DNA of 62,486 bases, the filler included, from Candidatus Fermentibacterota bacterium (GTDB lineage: Bacteria > JAFGKV01), in the NCBI GenBank assembly GCA_016928395.1. It is 4 parts of 4 records of this genome, joined end to end, with 100 filler letters (N's around TTAATTAATTAA, not from the genome) between each part and the next. Parts side by side here need not be neighbours in the genome. Positions count along the whole stretch, not along the records: positions 54,703 to 62,486 come from JAFGKV010000048.1; 3 more parts are not named here. The stretch is one strand, 5' to 3'. Shown piece by piece: positions 59,014-62,486 of this stretch. Made by a program: the position numbers and the translations under genes. The notes under the pieces are model-generated. The model saw nothing but the letters and a program-made list of their open reading frames with translations. It did not search any database and was not told the origin of the DNA. Within the stretch, counting starts at the first letter, position 1, and the number at the start of each line of letters is the position of its first letter.

Positions 59014-60420
59014 TCAGCCCTGCGGTGGCTGATACGATTCTCCAGAGAAGAAGCCCCGCGTCAACCGTGCGACTACCCCGGCGAGGGCGATGAGGGCAAT
59101 CAGGTTGGGAAACGCCATGAGCCCATTGAGCGTATCGGCGATGCCCCAGATCAGCCGCAGGCCACCAACGGCACCAATTAACGTGAAGGGAAGCCAGAGC
59201 ACGCGATAGGCGATGCGAACCTTCTTCCCCCGCTTCAGAAGGTAGGCGGTGCACGTCTCTCCATAGAAACACCACGCGAGATTGGTATCGTAGGCAGTCA
59301 GGATCATGCTGAGGGTCACCAATCCGAATCCGAGGGCTCGGGCCGTTGCCGGATCGAAGCCTTGGGAAAACAAGGCGGTGAAGCCGTGCATAACCATGGT
59401 GGCGCCCTGGGCATCGCTTCCCTTCCAGACACCGGTCAGCAGGATGACAAACGCGGTGGCGCTGCACATGACCATGGTGTCCACGAAGACCTCAAACACG
59501 CCCCAAAGGCCCTGCCGTGCAGGATGATCAGTCCGCGCGGTGGCATGGGCTATGGGAGCGCTGCCCAACCCCGCCTCGTTGGAGAACACACCCCGGGCGA
59601 GCCCGTACCGGACGGTGGTGCCCAAAAGCCCGCCGAAACCTGCCATGGGAGTGAACGCGTAGCGCAGAATCAGGCCCAAGGCCATGGGCAGCCGCCCCGC
59701 ATATACGACGATGACCGCCAGAGAGCCCAGCATGTACATGCCGCACATGAACGGCACGCAGAAGGTCGCGACCCGGGCGATCCACTGGATGCCTCCCAGC
59801 GTGACCAACCCCACCGACACGATGATGAGTGTTCCGGAGACCCAGCGGGACATGCCGAAATGCTCCAGGCCTTCGGCCACGGCATTAGCCTGTACCATAT
59901 TGCCGATCCCGAAGGCCGCGAGAGCCCCGAACAGGCAGAACGTGGCCGAGAGCCATGCCCAGCGGCGGCCCATACCCCGGGTGATGTAGGTCATGGGGCC
60001 GCCGATCATGGGGCCGCCCGGCTCCCGGACGCGGTAGTGCTGCCCCAGCACTACTTCGGCGAACTTGGTACCCATACCGAGAAGGCCCGAAACCCACATC
60101 CAGAACACCGCGCCAGGGCCTCCCAGGGCAATGGCGGTGGCGACTCCCGCGATATTGCCGACGCCCACGGTCCCGCCCATGGCAACAGTCAAGGCCTGGA
60201 AAGGCGTTAGGTCGCCCTCGGCCGCGGCGCCGCGCTGGAGGATCTTCCCTGCTGTCTCCTTCAGCATGCGGCCGAAGTGCATGAATTGCACGAACCTCGT
60301 TCTCACGCCAAGGTATAGCCCTACTCCGACCAAAAGCGGAAGCAAGACATACGGCCCCCAGACGATGCCGTTTATGGCATTGTTGGCCTGCTCAATCCAT
60401 GCAGACGCCGTTGCCCACAT
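59014..60420 (-). CDS. Sodium:alanine/glycine symporter (AGCS family)
   Basis: GTVGVGNIAGVA, GGPGAVFWMW, GGPM, GNMVQ, RGVFSNEAGLGS, EVFVDT, NGLMAFPN. Confidence 0.93.
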   Translation of the reverse strand: MWATASAWIEQANNAINGIVWGPYVLLPLLVGVGLYLGVRTRFVQFMHFGRMLKETAGKILQRGAAAEGDLTPFQALTVAMGGTVGVGNIAGVATAIALGGPGAVFWMWVSGLLGMGTKFAEVVLGQHYRVREPGGPMIGGPMTYITRGMGRRWAWLSATFCLFGALAAFGIGNMVQANAVAEGLEHFGMSRWVSGTLIIVSVGLVTLGGIQWIARVATFCVPFMCGMYMLGSLAVIVVYAGRLPMALGLILRYAFTPMAGFGGLLGTTVRYGLARGVFSNEAGLGSAPIAHATARTDHPARQGLWGVFEVFVDTMVMCSATAFVILLTGVWKGSDAQGATMVMHGFTALFSQGFDPATARALGFGLVTLSMILTAYDTNLAWCFYGETCTAYLLKRGKKVRIAYRVLWLPFTLIGAVGGLRLIWGIADTLNGLMAFPNLIALIALAGVVARLTRGFFSGESYQPPQG

Positions 60421-60514
60421 CGACGAACCTCCTCGGAAGGTCGTTCACCACAACGGCGGCGGTCCCCCGCTGCCGTGTCCGATCGGCTGTTGCAGAACCG
60501 TGATGGCGAGATGC

Positions 60515-61042
60515 TTAGAATGCCGTGCCGCAGCCAGCCAGCAGAAACACCCAGCCCAAGGCTATCTGGATCACGAATCCGACAAGACACACGATTACCG
60601 CCCGGCTCGTCGTCGAGTAGTCCAAGGCCTGCCTGACAGCAATCACCGTCGTGGCAATCATCCAGAGAGAAGTGACCCAGAAGACGATCCAACGCAGACT
60701 GGGGATCACGCCCAGGATTCTGAAAACCCCGGGAGAGGCTGCGAATCCCAAGGTGCGCAGCAGTTCGCCAAAGTCAGCCTTCGTCTCCTCATCGGCAAAC
60801 CACCGGGTTCCCACGTAGTACATGACCAGCGATCCCACCAGCCATGCGAGTATGCCCCAAAGCGTGCCGCTGATCAAGCCGCCGAGACCGGCTCGGCCCA
60901 TCCCGGATATCCCGGCGGCCAGGCCCGCCAGAAGCACGACCCCCAACGCTTGGGACATCAGCGTCTTGTCGGCCTCGACTTCCTCGTAGAGCACCGGATC
61001 GAGCTTGGCCGCACGCCACATCCTGGACACGAATTCATTCAT
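60515..61042 (-). CDS. YIP1-like membrane protein
   Basis: AAGGAGG SD; RAAKLD..YEEVEAD, LLRTLGFAASP, AVRQALD; about 5 TM helices. Confidence 0.75.
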   Translation of the reverse strand: MNEFVSRMWRAAKLDPVLYEEVEADKTLMSQALGVVLLAGLAAGISGMGRAGLGGLISGTLWGILAWLVGSLVMYYVGTRWFADEETKADFGELLRTLGFAASPGVFRILGVIPSLRWIVFWVTSLWMIATTVIAVRQALDYSTTSRAVIVCLVGFVIQIALGWVFLLAGCGTAF

Positions 61043-61169
61043 GAGCACCCTCCTTACGACTGTCGCCGAAAGACGGCATACACTATTCTGAGCACTGGCA
61101 CGGTCAATATAGCACCTGAATCCGGCGAATCCACGGTAGTGGACCGTGCAGGAGTGAACCGCTGTCTGA

Positions 61170-61904
61170 CTACCGCCGCGGATAGCCGACAGTTGCCACG
61201 TAGATCACAAACAACTCACTCCCGTCGGCGCCGATCAGCCGGCTCATGGCATCATCGTCAAATGCCGCAATGGCACAGGCGCCACACCCGAGCGACTCCG
61301 CAGCGAGGTAGAGATTTTGAGCGGCGTGGCCGGCGTCCAGATGAAGATAGCGGTATCCGCGTTCTCCGTACCGCCACGTCATGCGGTAGGGAACCGCAGC
61401 CCAGATGAAGGCGGCTGCGCAGGAGGCCACAAACTGCTGTCCCAGACAGCCCTGCACCGCGCTGCGTGCCACAGCGGGATCCGTGTCGCGCGGAGTCATG
61501 GCATGGCTCAGGGCCAGGTATCGGTAAAGGCCGGGGGTGAATCCGGTGACGCGGTTGACCAGCACAAAGGTCTCCAAGGCATGCCGGGCCCCGGCGGAGG
61601 GAACCGTTCTGAGCGTAGCAACGCGGGAGACAACCCGCGTGACGCCCTGCGTGGCCCAAAGAAGAAAAGCGAGATCCGTCGTTGTGAGAGGCGTTTCGGC
61701 ATACTCCCGAATGCTCCTCCGCCGAGCTATGACTTCTCTCAGAGTCATCGCGCCACGATCAAGCCCGGCGGGATCGGGTAGGGGGATCGCCTCCTCGTGG
61801 GGTGCAGCCAGCTCTAGCGGAGGCTGCGAAACGCCGCGCGTCTGATCCGACGGTTCGAGGTTCTCATACCGTGTCATTTGCATGAAATCATGGCCGATAC
61901 CCAT
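61170..61904 (-). CDS. SagB/ThcOx-family nitroreductase-fold dehydrogenase
   Basis: RRRSIREY, LLWATQG, RTVPSAGARH, RYGERGYRY..LDAGH..QN, AAFDD. Confidence 0.9.
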   Translation of the reverse strand: MGIGHDFMQMTRYENLEPSDQTRGVSQPPLELAAPHEEAIPLPDPAGLDRGAMTLREVIARRRSIREYAETPLTTTDLAFLLWATQGVTRVVSRVATLRTVPSAGARHALETFVLVNRVTGFTPGLYRYLALSHAMTPRDTDPAVARSAVQGCLGQQFVASCAAAFIWAAVPYRMTWRYGERGYRYLHLDAGHAAQNLYLAAESLGCGACAIAAFDDDAMSRLIGADGSELFVIYVATVGYPRR

Positions 61905-61969
61905 GGGTCCTCCTCAGGTGGCTCCCGGACCGTGGCCCTTCGCCAGATAAACCGGGGTGCGAGACAGGC

Positions 61970-62486
61970 GTTAGGGTTCAGGATTCAGGAGGGGCTGTGG
62001 CGCCCCCCGTCCTACCCTCCGCAAAGCGGATTCGGCAAGACTCGCATTCGTTCATTGAGTGTACACGGTTCTGCTTTCCGTCGCAATCGCCATCACACTC
62101 GAATCCACGAGTCACGTGTCGATCCCACTACCGTCCCCGTCCCCCGGCGGGCCACCATGAGCGGTCGCCCCTACGAGGCAACGGTCTTTCGCAGAGCTGT
62201 GCCCGGGGCCGATAGCTGACAGCCGATAGCCAACTGCCGGCCGTACTCTCACCCCCGAAAGATCTGAGTGCACCCCGCGCCCTCCGAGGCCCGACTTGTT
62301 TGAGAGTACATGCAAAGCCCGCACTCGTACTCCAATGCCCGACTCGTCGATTCCGATGGCGATACCGGCCCCGAACCCCCGGCGGGCGACCAGGGACGAT
62401 CGCCCCTACGAGGGCTGGTGCCCATCATGTCCGTAGGGGCGGGACTCTGTGCCCGCCCGTGTAGCGAAGGGCGACCGATTTGCCAC
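61970..62486 (-). repeat. Non-coding array of the same composite repeats, inverted relative to 53.8-54.6 kb
   Basis: REP-like hairpins at 62149-62174, 62384-62409, 62433-62458; 53-bp block at 62243-62296; heptamers near 62207-62230. Confidence 0.85.

Noticed and set aside
50970-61904. RiPP cluster from TldD/TldE + SagB-like + S26 peptidase
   Set aside because: The genes are on different contigs, and no YcaO, precursor or RRE is seen; stand-alone SagB and TldDE are common.

Overview
GC-rich bacterial DNA, very probably from a metagenome-assembled genome. The secreted-protein C-terminal motifs PVELSSF, SSWGRIK and FlgD-like point to an FCB-related candidate lineage; this is inference. The window is four contigs joined by artificial 100-nt linkers (N44-TTAATTAATTAA-N44): 1-12693, 12794-42744, 42845-54602 and 54703-62486. 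Adjacency across linkers is not biological evidence. The gene content suits an anaerobic peptide/amino-acid degrader. Proteolysis and amino-acid genes: S8 protease, C45 Ntn-hydrolase, TldD/TldE, rhomboid, ClpP-like and S26 peptidases, an aromatic amino acid decarboxylase, an aminotransferase, and SSS and AGCS transporters. Other genes: PFOR (nifJ), class II RNR (nrdJ) with tandem NrdR boxes, split hldE (rfaE1/rfaE2), dusB, two tandem GT-C glycosyltransferases, c-di-GMP enzymes, and a 4-hydroxybenzoyl-CoA-reductase-like Mo/FAD/Fe-S enzyme followed by an Fe-S RecB-like nuclease and a Dna2-like helicase. Most notable: (1) a tdh-like / acetate-activating ligase / acyl carrier protein / kbl cluster suggesting an ACP-dependent glycine-acetyl condensation route; (2) a 20-bp AT-rich perfect palindrome present twice; (3) a modular non-coding repeat family built from GTAG/GGAG REP-like hairpins and 6/7/8-mer tandem repeats; (4) an aromatic-rich leader ORF with promoter and perfect Shine-Dalgarno (SD) upstream of the aminotransferase. 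No rRNA, tRNA, CRISPR array, transposase or integrase was recognised.
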